Shown: positions 35,813-45,774, counted from the first letter of the stretch. The stretch: 59,905 nucleotides of DNA from an uncultured Bacilli bacterium (GCA_944332635.1 CALVKI010000016.1:1-59905), one strand, 5' to 3'. Translations and numbers: made by a program. Notes: generated by a model from the sequence alone, not told the origin.

Positions 35813-35885
35813 TATTCTGTAAGATTAAACTAACGACTAAAAACATAGTTTAACTTATAATGAAAGCATGAAAGGAGAAAAAACT

Positions 35886-36653
35886 ATGAAAAAAATACTA
35901 CAAATCGATAATATTGAAAAATACTATGGTAATAGATCAAATTTAACAAAAGCTATCGATGGTATTTCTTTTGATGTAGAGGAAGGTGAATTTGTTGCTA
36001 TTATGGGAGCCAGTGGCTCTGGTAAAACAACTCTGCTAAACTGTATTTCAACAATTGATAGAGTAACAGCAGGACATATCTATGTAGATAGTGAAGATAT
36101 TACAAAATTAAAAGGTGATAAACTAAATAAGTACAGAAGTCATGAATTAGGATTTATATTTCAAGATTTTAACTTATTAGATACACTAACAGCTTATGAA
36201 AATATTGCTCTAGCATTATCAATTCAAAATGTAAAAGCAAATGAAATTGCTAAAAGAGTAAATGAAGTAGCAAGAAAGTTAGATATTCAAGAAATTTTAC
36301 AAAAATACCCATATCAAATGAGTGGAGGGCAGCGTCAACGAATAGCATCCGCAAGAGCGATTATAACAAATCCCAAATTAGTACTTGCAGATGAACCAAC
36401 AGGAGCATTGGACTCTAAATCTTCAAAAATGTTATTAGAAAGTTTTAATCACTTAAATAAAGAAATTAAAGCCACTATTTTAATGGTCACTCATGACGCT
36501 TTTACGGCTAGTTATGCAACACGTGTTATCTTTATCAAAGACGGAAAAATCTTTAATGAAATAAGAAAAGGAGCATCAACAAGAAAAGAATTCTTTGATA
36601 AAATTATTGACGTAGTAACATTACTTGGAGGGGATTTAAACGATGCTTTATAA
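35886..36653 (+). CDS. BceA-like ABC transporter ATP-binding protein
   Basis: Walker A GASGSGKTT, signature MSGGQRQRIASARAI, Walker B VLADEPTGALD. ATG at 35886 follows GAAAGGAGAAA. Confidence 0.9.
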   Translation: MKKILQIDNIEKYYGNRSNLTKAIDGISFDVEEGEFVAIMGASGSGKTTLLNCISTIDRVTAGHIYVDSEDITKLKGDKLNKYRSHELGFIFQDFNLLDTLTAYENIALALSIQNVKANEIAKRVNEVARKLDIQEILQKYPYQMSGGQRQRIASARAIITNPKLVLADEPTGALDSKSSKMLLESFNHLNKEIKATILMVTHDAFTASYATRVIFIKDGKIFNEIRKGASTRKEFFDKIIDVVTLLGGDLNDAL

Positions 36654-38724
36654 ATTATCCCTAAAAAATATTAAGAAAAGTTTTAAAGATTACACAATAT
36701 ACTTTTTTACTCTTATTTTAGGTGTTGCTATTTTTTATGTATTTAACGCAATAGATAGTCAAACCGTATTATTACAAACAAAAGAATCAACCTATGAAAT
36801 TATTAAATTAATGACACAATCTTTATCAGCAGTCAGTATATTTGTATCTTTTATTTTAGGTTTTCTAATTATCTATGCATCTAGATTCTTAATTAAGAGA
36901 AGAAATAAAGAATTTGCTATTTATATGACTCTTGGAATGGGGAAAAGAAAGATATCAATGATTTTATTCATTGAAACAATAATTATTGGTATGTTATCTT
37001 TAGTAGCAGGATTAGGCTTAGGAATAGTATTATCACAATTAATGAGTTTGGTAGTTGCTAACATGTTTGAAGCAGACATGACTAAATTTGCTTTTATTTT
37101 TTCAAAAAAGGCATTACTAAAAACGTGTTGTTATTTTGGAATCATGTACTTATTAGTTATGTTATTTAATACTATCCAAATCAGTCGTTGTAAATTAATT
37201 GATTTAATCAATGCTAATAAACGCTCTGAAAAAATAAAGATGAAGAGTCCAGTTATTTGTACCATTATGTTCCTAGCAGCAGTTGGTATTTTATCCTATT
37301 GTTATTATAGGGTATCAGTACCAGACGGCACTAATGCTTTGACTGTAAAAGAATTAGGAAATATTATTTTACTTGGGGTAGCCTCAACCTTCTTGTTATT
37401 TTGGTCCTTATCAGGATTGATATTAAAAATTGTACAAATGATTCATTCTGTTTATTATAGAGGGCTAAATAGTTTTATTTTAAGACAAATAAGCAGCAAG
37501 ATAAACACTACAGTTTTTTCAATGACTATCATATGTTTAATGCTATTTGTAACAATATGTGTATTATCTAGTTCATTATCAATTAAAAATTCAATGACAG
37601 CCAACTTAATAGAATTAGCACCAGCTGATATTGAATTAATGAAAAAAAGAAATATTCCCAAAGAGTTACAAGAAGAATATGGTTATACCGACAAACAGTT
37701 AGAGTCAAGTTATAAAACCATTTCTGAAACATTAAAAGAATTGAATATAGACGAAGATAAGTATTTAAAAGATCAAACTACTTTAAATATATATATTGAC
37801 CCAGGATTAACTTATTCGACCTCTATGGGAAAAACATTAGAGAAAACGAAAAAGATGTACCCATACTTAGATTATGATTCACCTGAAGTTATAGTAAAAT
37901 TAAGTGAATATAACAAAATAGCCAAAATATTTGGTAACGAAACATACACTTTAGCTGATGAGGAATATATGATTATTGGAGACTATGAAACTATGACAGA
38001 GTTAAGAAACCAAGCTCTAAAAGAGAAAACACCTCTAACTATTTTTGGTAAAGAATTAACTCCAAAATATAAGAAAGTAAAAAATGGTTTCATAGAAATG
38101 TCTAGTAATCATATTACCGATGGAGTAATAGTAGTACCTGACAGTGTAATTAACTTATCTAAAACATCAACACAACTCGAAAAAGAATATATGATTGCCA
38201 ATTATAAAGCAAATGATCAAAAAACCAAGGAAGAAATAGAAGCTATTTTTACAGATGAGAAATTAAGCAAACTATATCCTGATATTACACTTGAAGGAAC
38301 AAGCAAAATAGCAATTTATGATGCAAGTGTTGGACTTGGTGCTATGATAACATTCATTGGGCTTTATCTAGGAATTATTTTCTTAATATCTAGTGCTGCT
38401 TTACTTGCATTAAAAGAATTGTCAGAAAGCACAGACAATATAACTAGATACACAATGTTAAGAAAAATAGGAGCAAGTAACAAACAACTAAACAAAGCAT
38501 TATTCAAACAGATAGCAATATTTTTCTTATTCCCACTATTAATAGCTGTTATTCATTCTATTTTTGGTATTAAATTTTGCACATATATACTAGAAACATT
38601 TGGAGAAGAAGAAATGTTAGCAAGCGTATCACTAACAATGTTGTTTTTAATACTAATTTATGGGGGCTATTTCTTAATAACATACTATTGTAGTAAAAAT
38701 ATTATTAAAGAAAGAAAATCATGA
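36643..38724 (+). CDS. BceB-like ABC transporter permease (10 TM helices with a large extracellular loop)
   Basis: 693 aa with two FtsX-type TM bundles separated by a soluble loop of about 220 aa. It overlaps the ATPase stop and is paired with the BceRS-like two-component system. Confidence 0.85.
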   Translation: MLYKLSLKNIKKSFKDYTIYFFTLILGVAIFYVFNAIDSQTVLLQTKESTYEIIKLMTQSLSAVSIFVSFILGFLIIYASRFLIKRRNKEFAIYMTLGMGKRKISMILFIETIIIGMLSLVAGLGLGIVLSQLMSLVVANMFEADMTKFAFIFSKKALLKTCCYFGIMYLLVMLFNTIQISRCKLIDLINANKRSEKIKMKSPVICTIMFLAAVGILSYCYYRVSVPDGTNALTVKELGNIILLGVASTFLLFWSLSGLILKIVQMIHSVYYRGLNSFILRQISSKINTTVFSMTIICLMLFVTICVLSSSLSIKNSMTANLIELAPADIELMKKRNIPKELQEEYGYTDKQLESSYKTISETLKELNIDEDKYLKDQTTLNIYIDPGLTYSTSMGKTLEKTKKMYPYLDYDSPEVIVKLSEYNKIAKIFGNETYTLADEEYMIIGDYETMTELRNQALKEKTPLTIFGKELTPKYKKVKNGFIEMSSNHITDGVIVVPDSVINLSKTSTQLEKEYMIANYKANDQKTKEEIEAIFTDEKLSKLYPDITLEGTSKIAIYDASVGLGAMITFIGLYLGIIFLISSAALLALKELSESTDNITRYTMLRKIGASNKQLNKALFKQIAIFFLFPLLIAVIHSIFGIKFCTYILETFGEEEMLASVSLTMLFLILIYGGYFLITYYCSKNIIKERKS

Positions 38725-38822
38725 TACTAACAATAAATTATCAAGAGTTTACTAACAATCCGATAATCATGATTTCACCATTGATTTGTTTAGCTATCTT
38801 ATTTATAATCTTGGCAATATTT

Positions 38823-38854
38823 AAAGGAAGAAAAATAATTAACTTCCTTTTTTG
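38823..38854 (+). terminator. Rho-independent terminator
   Basis: AAAGGAAG / CTTCCTTT stem followed by TTTT. Confidence 0.6.
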
Positions 38855-38980
38855 GTATAAAATGTAATCGCAACCACAACTTGACAATAATCAACCCAAA
38901 TTAACTAGATAAAGCTAAAAAAAAGGGTTATACTAATATCGTTAAAAAAACATAGAAGTTATAAAAGAAGGCAGTAGAAT

Positions 38981-41332
38981 ATGAAGAAATTAAAAAAATA
39001 TAAAAAAGATATACTAATAATTCTTTTGTTTAGTGCAATCTATGCTGGTATTGCATTAATTTTAACACGAGGTAAATATTATTTTGCATCGACTACAGAT
39101 TTTGAAATGCAACATTATATTTTTCCAGAATATTTTAGAAATCTATTTTATGATACATTCGACTTATTCCCCGATTTCGCACTGAATATTGGTGGAGGAC
39201 AAAACATCTATAATTTTTCTTACTATGGCTTATTAAACCCTTTTATTTTAATATCATATTTATTACCAATGATTCCCATGTTTTACTACTTAATAGGATT
39301 AAGTTTTGTTATTGTCGTATCATCAACATTTTTATTTTATAAATTTTTGCAATCCCATAATTTTAAACAGTCTACCTGTCTTATTACAGCACTTCTTTTC
39401 TTATTTGCAACCCCAATTATCTACCACGCCAAAAGACATATTATGTTTATTAATTATTTCCCATTTTTAATTGGTGGACTATTTGCAGTTGATAATTTCA
39501 TTAAAAATAAAAAGCAGGGTTTATTAATATTTTGTATTACATTAATGATTTTTACAAGTTTTTACTATAGTGTATCGGGAATAGTAATGTTAGTGATTTA
39601 TGGACTGTATGCATATATAAAAGAATATAAAACAAAGAATTTAATAAAATTCATAGCAAAGTTCATAGTTCCTTTTGCAATTGCCATACTAACAAGCTCT
39701 GTATTATTATTACCAACAGCCTATGCCTTGTTAGCAGGAAGAGGAGAATCTATTAAAGCACTAGAGTGGTGGATGTTATTTATACCAAACTTTAAATTTT
39801 TATTTAATGCCTATGGTCCTGGTATCACCTTATTAGAATTTATCTTGATTAGTATATTAGTAATAGATAAAGAAAGAAAAAAAGAAATAAGAATATTAGG
39901 TTTATTATTATTAATAATATTTATATTTCCAATTTTTAACTATATTTTAAATGGAACTCTATATGTGAATACTAAGTCTTTAATACCATTTCTACCACTA
40001 GCTTTACTATTGATAGCAGTATGTATGGAAACATTACTAAAAAATAGTAATAAACTAAAGATATATTTGGTAATATCTACTTGTATAATTACAATTGGAG
40101 CTTCATTGCTTGACTTCTTAGTTCCAATAGATGAAAAACAAATATCATACGAAAAAGAATATAAAAAATTAGTAGAAAAAATAAATAGAAAAAATAAGGA
40201 TTTTTATAGAATAGGAAATCAAACCTATCAACCATCATCTTTAAATAGAATATATAACATGAATGAATACAAAAATTCTGTTTATTCATCTACAGAGACT
40301 AGAAAATATCAACTGTGGGTGCAAAAGGAAATAAAAAATAATCAAAATTATCGTAATAACATGATGTTAACTCTAGCCGGGAATCCTATTTCAGAAGCTA
40401 TAATGGGAGAAAAATACATTATTAGTAATCAAAAGTTAGATAGCGGCTATACATTAGTTGATAAAACAAAACAATTATATTTATATGAAAATGAATTGGC
40501 GTTGCCCATAATTTATGCCACCAATAAAAGCTTATCAGAAAAAGAATATGAAAAATTAGAATATCCAGAAAACATAATTGCTACATATAACAAAGAAATT
40601 CCAAATGACAACATGTTTAGTGATACAAAGTTTAAAATAGAAAAGAAAGAGAATATAGAACTAGAAAAACAAGATGATGTTATTAAAATAAGAGCTAAAG
40701 AAAAGGCTAAAATAACATTAGTACCAACAGAAAATTTAAATAATAAAGTAGTATTTGTTACATTCAAAAACAAATTTAATAAAGGTTGTCATCATGGAAA
40801 AAAAGATCAAACAATAACAATTAATCAAACAACAAATAAACTTACTTGCCGCGACTGGAAATATCACAACCAAAACTATACATTTCATTATGTATTAATA
40901 TCTCCAAAAAAACTAGAAGTAACTTTTTCAGAAGCATACTATAAACTAAGAGATATTGAAATAATCTCTATTCCATTAGATGCTATAGCTGAAAGAAAAA
41001 AAGAAATTATTCCACTTGAAATAGACAACAAAAAAACCAAAGGAGATAACATTGTTGGAACAATAGAAGTAAAGAAGAAAAGTAATGTTGAAGTTAGTAT
41101 ACCATATGATAAAGGTTTTAATATAAAGGTGGACGGTAAAAAAACAAAATATAAAGAAAGCATAGAAAACACAATGTCTTTTGAAATAGCAAAAGGAAAA
41201 CATAAGATTGAAATAACTTATGAATCCCCATGGAAAAAAATAGGAGTAGTATTATCTTTACTAGGAATCTTATTATGGATAGGAATTGTTTTTATATATT
41301 GGCGTAAAATAAGTTTAGAAAAATCTGCCTAA
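38981..41332 (+). CDS. YfhO-family polytopic membrane protein (glycosyltransferase-C-type, teichoic acid glycosylation family)
   Basis: 783 aa: about 12 N-terminal TM helices, a large extracytoplasmic domain and a final C-terminal TM helix, which is the YfhO architecture. Confidence 0.75.
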   Translation: MKKLKKYKKDILIILLFSAIYAGIALILTRGKYYFASTTDFEMQHYIFPEYFRNLFYDTFDLFPDFALNIGGGQNIYNFSYYGLLNPFILISYLLPMIPMFYYLIGLSFVIVVSSTFLFYKFLQSHNFKQSTCLITALLFLFATPIIYHAKRHIMFINYFPFLIGGLFAVDNFIKNKKQGLLIFCITLMIFTSFYYSVSGIVMLVIYGLYAYIKEYKTKNLIKFIAKFIVPFAIAILTSSVLLLPTAYALLAGRGESIKALEWWMLFIPNFKFLFNAYGPGITLLEFILISILVIDKERKKEIRILGLLLLIIFIFPIFNYILNGTLYVNTKSLIPFLPLALLLIAVCMETLLKNSNKLKIYLVISTCIITIGASLLDFLVPIDEKQISYEKEYKKLVEKINRKNKDFYRIGNQTYQPSSLNRIYNMNEYKNSVYSSTETRKYQLWVQKEIKNNQNYRNNMMLTLAGNPISEAIMGEKYIISNQKLDSGYTLVDKTKQLYLYENELALPIIYATNKSLSEKEYEKLEYPENIIATYNKEIPNDNMFSDTKFKIEKKENIELEKQDDVIKIRAKEKAKITLVPTENLNNKVVFVTFKNKFNKGCHHGKKDQTITINQTTNKLTCRDWKYHNQNYTFHYVLISPKKLEVTFSEAYYKLRDIEIISIPLDAIAERKKEIIPLEIDNKKTKGDNIVGTIEVKKKSNVEVSIPYDKGFNIKVDGKKTKYKESIENTMSFEIAKGKHKIEITYESPWKKIGVVLSLLGILLWIGIVFIYWRKISLEKSA

Positions 41333-41665
41333 AAATAAGATATATAATTTAAACTAATTGTTATTTATAAGGAATAGACAATCAATAGTTTATTCTTTTT
41401 TAAATAGATAGATTTCTTTTATAATTGAGATCAACTGTTCCAATTTATTTTTTCTACTGTCACTACAACAATATCTAGTATTAATACAGGAAGATTTTTA
41501 TTTAGAGACCTATGTAATATTTGTTTTTTTGTTGCTAATATTTGTAAAATTCTAACACATACTTACTGTAATGCTGTTATTATAATATAAAATTTACTTA
41601 ATTATACCTATTTTCTTCTTTTTTTGTTTGCATACCATTTTTTTACTTTCTATATGAGCATAAAA

Positions 41666-42248
41666 TTACTTTCGTTTTTTTGTATAGATAATGCAATCCG
41701 AATCATTAGTAAAGTTTGTAACAATCCCTTCGATTTGGCAAGATTCTACATCAAAATCCCCTTTAAAAAATCAATGGTATTTGATAATTTTTTCAATTGT
41801 TCCACCTTCATTTAAATGCCTATCATAAATTTCTTTTGGCTGTTTTATTTTAGTTTGAAACAAAGATACATCATTATTGTATTCTAACTGATATACATGA
41901 AAAAATTGTTAAAATCATTAAAATCAAAAATTTCTTCAGAAGATAAAATTTCTGTTTATTCTAATCTATCCTTTACTATATAATAGAGTTCCTTGTTCTT
42001 AAGATAAGGTATCCCATAACGAAGTTTAGATAAATCTCCTCCAATCCCTTTAAATAGATATTTTTTAAATCTGCTAGAAGATTAATACTAAAAATAGTAT
42101 CCCAAGCATTTTGATATCATTCATCACAACTGTAACAATTTATCTTTTGAAACACTGATTTTGATAAATAGTATTTTGAAGTATAATCTACCAAAAACTG
42201 ATCATATTCTTTTGGAGAAAGAGCTAAAATACGAGCTCTTTTTAAATG
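41666..42248 (-). pseudogene. Heavily decayed gene remnant(s) of unknown family
   Basis: Minus-strand frames give protein-like stretches (RARILALSPKEYDQFLVDYTSKYYLSK..., FKKYLFKGIGGDLSKLRYGIPYLKNKELYYIVKDRLE, YNNDVSLFQTKIKQPKEIYDRHLNEGGTIEKIIKYH, FFKGDFDVESCQIEGIVTNF...). These are broken by TGA, TAA and TAG codons and by frame changes. Confidence 0.3.
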
Positions 42249-42433
42249 ATATATAGCTACTTAAATAAGTGTATTTGTTTTAATTTACATTTTAAAGTAT
42301 ATACCATTTATATATATGAAAAGTGTCACATCTTTAATTATAGCATGCAAAAGAACTTTAATAATAAAATGATAAATACTTGCAAATTTCGAAAAAATAA
42401 GTATAATAGATTACGAAAAAAAGAGGTGGAAGT

Positions 42434-42835
42434 ATGAGAAATTACATTCGTTATATTGTGGTATTGGTATTAATTATAGCCGGGGGATTATTAATAATTT
42501 CCGTTGTTAATAAATTTACAGAACCAAACGTATCAAAGATAAAGAATAATCCAACTACAGAAGAAAAAGAAACAGTAACAGATAATAATGCAAATGTAAC
42601 CTTAGATGTAGATTCAAATCAAGATGAAAGTACTGCAACCGAAGATTCTAGTGAAAACAGTACAATTTCTGGCGACACTCCAACTAATAATTTCAATACT
42701 ACTATACCACAAGAGACAACAGATAATGTAGTAGTGCCAAATACAGGTGTTAAAGAAAATTTATTAATAACAGTAACAGGAGTGATTATTCTCTCTCTAG
42801 GAATAATCTATATTAGAAAACAATCAAAAAACTAA
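42434..42835 (+). CDS. Small sortase-anchored surface protein (xPxTG sorting signal)
   Basis: N-terminal signal/TM helix, an acidic T/S/N/D/E-rich low-complexity middle, then VPNTG, a hydrophobic helix and the RKQSKN tail. Confidence 0.6.
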   Translation: MRNYIRYIVVLVLIIAGGLLIISVVNKFTEPNVSKIKNNPTTEEKETVTDNNANVTLDVDSNQDESTATEDSSENSTISGDTPTNNFNTTIPQETTDNVVVPNTGVKENLLITVTGVIILSLGIIYIRKQSKN

Positions 42836-42861
42836 GACATCAGCCGATGTCTTTTTTTTTA
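42835..42861 (+). terminator. Rho-independent terminator
   Basis: AGACATC-AGCC-GATGTCT followed by a 9-T run. Confidence 0.8.
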
Positions 42862-42897
42862 TAAAAATTTATCTTTTTAAAAAATGATAAAAAGATG

Positions 42898-42936
42898 TTG
42901 ACAAAATAAATAGATATTAATATAATGTTAATAACA
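42898..42936 (+). promoter_or_regulatory. Consensus sigma-A promoter with an overlapping palindromic operator (NAD regulon, copy 1)
   Basis: TTGACA (42898-42903), 17-nt spacer, TATAAT (42921-42926). Palindrome TGTTA-A-TAACA at 42926-42936. The 23-nt block ATATTAATATAATGTTAATAACA is identical to 47762-47784. Confidence 0.6.
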
Positions 42937-43000
42937 AGTGGTCAACTTGATAATTTTGTATCATAAGATATTAACAAAAAATTAATAAGAGGAGATAAAT

Positions 43001-43597
43001 ATGAAAAAGATTAAAAATTTAAAAGTCTATGAAGGAATGTTAATAGTAGTAGATATGGTTAAAGGTTTTACAGATGAAGGAATACTACACGACAAAGCGA
43101 TTAAAAAAATTATTGTAAGACAAAAAGAAATAATAGAAGAATCACAAAGGAAAGGACATCTAATTGTTTTCATAAAAGATACTCATGATAAAAATTCAAC
43201 AGAATTAAAACGTTTTGGTAATGTTGGACATTGCATGAAAGGAACTAACGAAGCAGAATTAACAGAAGAATTAAAAGAATATGAAGATATGAATAATACA
43301 ATAATTATTGAAAAAAATTCAACTAGTTTTATGGAAGCACCTCAATTTAGAAAAGTTATGAAACAAGTTCAGAATATACAAGATATAAATATTATTGGTT
43401 GTTGTAGTGACATCTGTGTTATCAATGGGGCAATGGGATTAGCAAATTATTGTGACCAATGGAACCGTGAGGTAGAAATAAAAATTCATGAAGATGCAAT
43501 TGCAACATTTGATGAAGAAAATCGCCAAGACTATACTAATGCAGCTAAATTATTAGGTAAACAACAAGGTATCCAATATGTAAAAAAAATCGCATAA
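43001..43597 (+). CDS. pncA: Nicotinamidase / isochorismatase-family cysteine hydrolase
   Basis: A D-K-C triad is placed as in the family (LIVVDMVKGF, IIIEKNSTSF, IIGCCSDICV). It is the first gene of the NAD salvage operon. Confidence 0.75.
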   Translation: MKKIKNLKVYEGMLIVVDMVKGFTDEGILHDKAIKKIIVRQKEIIEESQRKGHLIVFIKDTHDKNSTELKRFGNVGHCMKGTNEAELTEELKEYEDMNNTIIIEKNSTSFMEAPQFRKVMKQVQNIQDINIIGCCSDICVINGAMGLANYCDQWNREVEIKIHEDAIATFDEENRQDYTNAAKLLGKQQGIQYVKKIA

Positions 43598-43661
43598 AAA
43601 GATAAATATATTTTTTAAAATATGATATTAATAAATTATTAAAAAGAAAAGGAGAATAATT

Positions 43662-45143
43662 ATGAACAATAAAACATTAATGACAGATTTTTATGAGTTG
43701 ACTATGGCTCAAACATATTTTAATGAAGGAAAAAAAGATGAAATAGTATATTTTGATATCTTCTTTCGTAAAAATCCATTTAATGGTGGATACACTATTA
43801 GTGGAGGATTAGATGAAACTATTAATTACATTAATAACTTTCACTTTGAAAAAGAAGAAATAGAATATTTAAGAAGTTTAGGAAATTTTACTGAAGAGTT
43901 TTTAAATTATTTAAGTAATTTAAAATTTAAAGGAGATATTTATGCAGTAGAAGATGGAACTATAGTATTTCCAAATGAGCCAGTCCTTACAGTAAAATCA
44001 GATATTATAACAGCTCAAATTCTAGAGACAACTTTACTTGCAAACTTCAATCATGCATCACTTGTTACAACTGCTACTAAAAGAATCACAAAAGAAGCTA
44101 AAGGAAGAGCAGTAATGGAATTTGGTGCAAGAAGAGGAAGAGGAACAGATTCTGCAATAGAAGCAAGTAAATATGCATATATTGGAGGATGTGCTGGAAC
44201 TTCTAATACATTAGCAGGTATGAAATATGGTATTAAAGTTATGGGAACAATGGCACACTCATTAGTAACTGAAATAGAAGACGAATATGAATCATTTTTA
44301 AGATATGCTAAAAGTAATCCTAATAACTGCATTTTCTTAGTAGATACTTATGATACTTTAAGAAGTGGTATCCCTAATGCTATTAGAGTAGCTAATGAAT
44401 ATTTAAAACCTAATGGTTATAAATTTAAAGGAATTAGAATCGATAGTGGTGACTTAGCATACCTTTCAAAACAAGCAAGAAAAATGTTAGATGAAGCAGG
44501 ATATAAAAATACAGGAATATGTTTATCTAATGGCCTTAATGAATATACAATAAGAGATCTATTAAACCAAGGAGCCCAAGTAAATTCATTTGGAGTTGGA
44601 GATAATATATCAGCAGCAAAAGAACGTGTTGGTGGAGTTTATAAATTAGTAGCAATAGAAGAAAATAAAGAAATAAAACCACGAATTAAAATAAGTGATG
44701 ATAGCATTAAAACAATAAACCCTGGAGTAAAAAAAGTATATCGTTTTTATGATAAAGAAACTGGCTATGCGCTAGGGGATGTAATCAGTTTAAAGGAAGA
44801 AGAAATAAGTAAAGATCATTATACATTAGTTCATCCGGTAGAAACATGGAAAAAAACTGAATTAGAAAATTATAATGTAAGAAGTCTATTAGTACCAATC
44901 TTTTTAAATGGGCAATTAGTATATGAAGACCCTAACTTAGAAGAAAAACAAAAATATTGTCAAGAAGAATTTGCAACATTATATCCAGAAATAACTAGAA
45001 TTGATAGACCTCATGAATATTATGTAGATTTATCTGACAAATTAAGAAATTTAAAACAAGAATTAATTAGTTTTCATCAACAGGAAGTAGAAGAAAAAGG
45101 AAAGGAATACATTAAATGCGCAAAGAAAAACTTGAAGAATTAA
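43662..45143 (+). CDS. pncB: Nicotinate phosphoribosyltransferase
   Basis: LMTDFYELTMAQTYF, FGARRGRG, GTMAHS and IRIDSGDL motifs. Length is 493 aa. Confidence 0.9.
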   Translation: MNNKTLMTDFYELTMAQTYFNEGKKDEIVYFDIFFRKNPFNGGYTISGGLDETINYINNFHFEKEEIEYLRSLGNFTEEFLNYLSNLKFKGDIYAVEDGTIVFPNEPVLTVKSDIITAQILETTLLANFNHASLVTTATKRITKEAKGRAVMEFGARRGRGTDSAIEASKYAYIGGCAGTSNTLAGMKYGIKVMGTMAHSLVTEIEDEYESFLRYAKSNPNNCIFLVDTYDTLRSGIPNAIRVANEYLKPNGYKFKGIRIDSGDLAYLSKQARKMLDEAGYKNTGICLSNGLNEYTIRDLLNQGAQVNSFGVGDNISAAKERVGGVYKLVAIEENKEIKPRIKISDDSIKTINPGVKKVYRFYDKETGYALGDVISLKEEEISKDHYTLVHPVETWKKTELENYNVRSLLVPIFLNGQLVYEDPNLEEKQKYCQEEFATLYPEITRIDRPHEYYVDLSDKLRNLKQELISFHQQEVEEKGKEYIKCAKKNLKN

Positions 45144-45772
45144 GAAACTATATAGAAGAATTACAAATTATCACAAAAGAAAGAAAAAAAGAAGAATTTA
45201 TATATCAAGGAACAGAACCCATCCAAAGAAAAGGATTTATCAATGTAGAAAGTTATAATTGCAAATTACAAAATGGAATAATAATACCAAGAGAAAAAAT
45301 AGTAAAAGGTGGAAAAGATGGTAATGCAGCAATTATCTTACCAATTACTAATGAAGGAAACACTTTATTAGTAATACAACCTAGAGTTTTTACCAAAGAA
45401 ACCGTATGTGTAGAATTACCAGCTGGATATATAGAAGAAAACGAAGATCCTATCACAGCTGGAAAAAGGGAACTAGTAGAAGAAACTGGTTATGTTCCAG
45501 ATCAAATACAGTTGCTAGCTAGCTTTTATCAAGACCAAGGTTGCAGTGCTGCTTACAACTATAGTATGTTAGCTTTAGGTTGTCAAAAAATTAAAAATCA
45601 GAATCTTGATCAAGACGAAATAATTAGATATTTTGAATGCAGTTTTGAAGAAGCACTTGAATTAGTAAATCGTGGCTATATCACAGATCTTCAATCACAA
45701 TTTACACTTGAAAAAGCAAAAAAAATAGTAAAAAAAACAAAATGTTTGACACACTATAAAAAAGGAGAATAA
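45116..45772 (+). CDS. Nudix hydrolase, ADP-ribose pyrophosphatase-like
   Basis: Nudix box GYIEENEDPITAGKRELVEETGY. It overlaps the pncB end, and the exact start is uncertain. Confidence 0.7.
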   Translation: MRKEKLEELRNYIEELQIITKERKKEEFIYQGTEPIQRKGFINVESYNCKLQNGIIIPREKIVKGGKDGNAAIILPITNEGNTLLVIQPRVFTKETVCVELPAGYIEENEDPITAGKRELVEETGYVPDQIQLLASFYQDQGCSAAYNYSMLALGCQKIKNQNLDQDEIIRYFECSFEEALELVNRGYITDLQSQFTLEKAKKIVKKTKCLTHYKKGE

Positions 45773-45774
45773 GT

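Noticed and set aside
38769-38867. A 32-codon ORF encoding a hydrophobic peptide (MISPLICLAILFIILAIFKGRKIINFLFWYKM) downstream of the BceB-like gene.
   Set aside because: It has no convincing RBS. Its 3' half is the terminator hairpin of the upstream operon (38823-38854). It is likely a chance ORF in AT-rich DNA.
41624-42437. Plus-strand small ORFs 41624..41815 and 42246..42437.
   Set aside because: They lie within the decayed region, have no RBS or motifs, and the better coding signal is on the opposite strand (pseudogene fragments).
42937-43000. Possible NAD+ riboswitch in the short leader of the pncA operon and in the similar leader at 47785-47852.
   Set aside because: The leaders are only about 65 nt long and very AT-rich, and I cannot find a stable conserved stem or pseudoknot. 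The conserved blocks are DNA palindromes overlapping the promoter elements, which fits a protein operator better.
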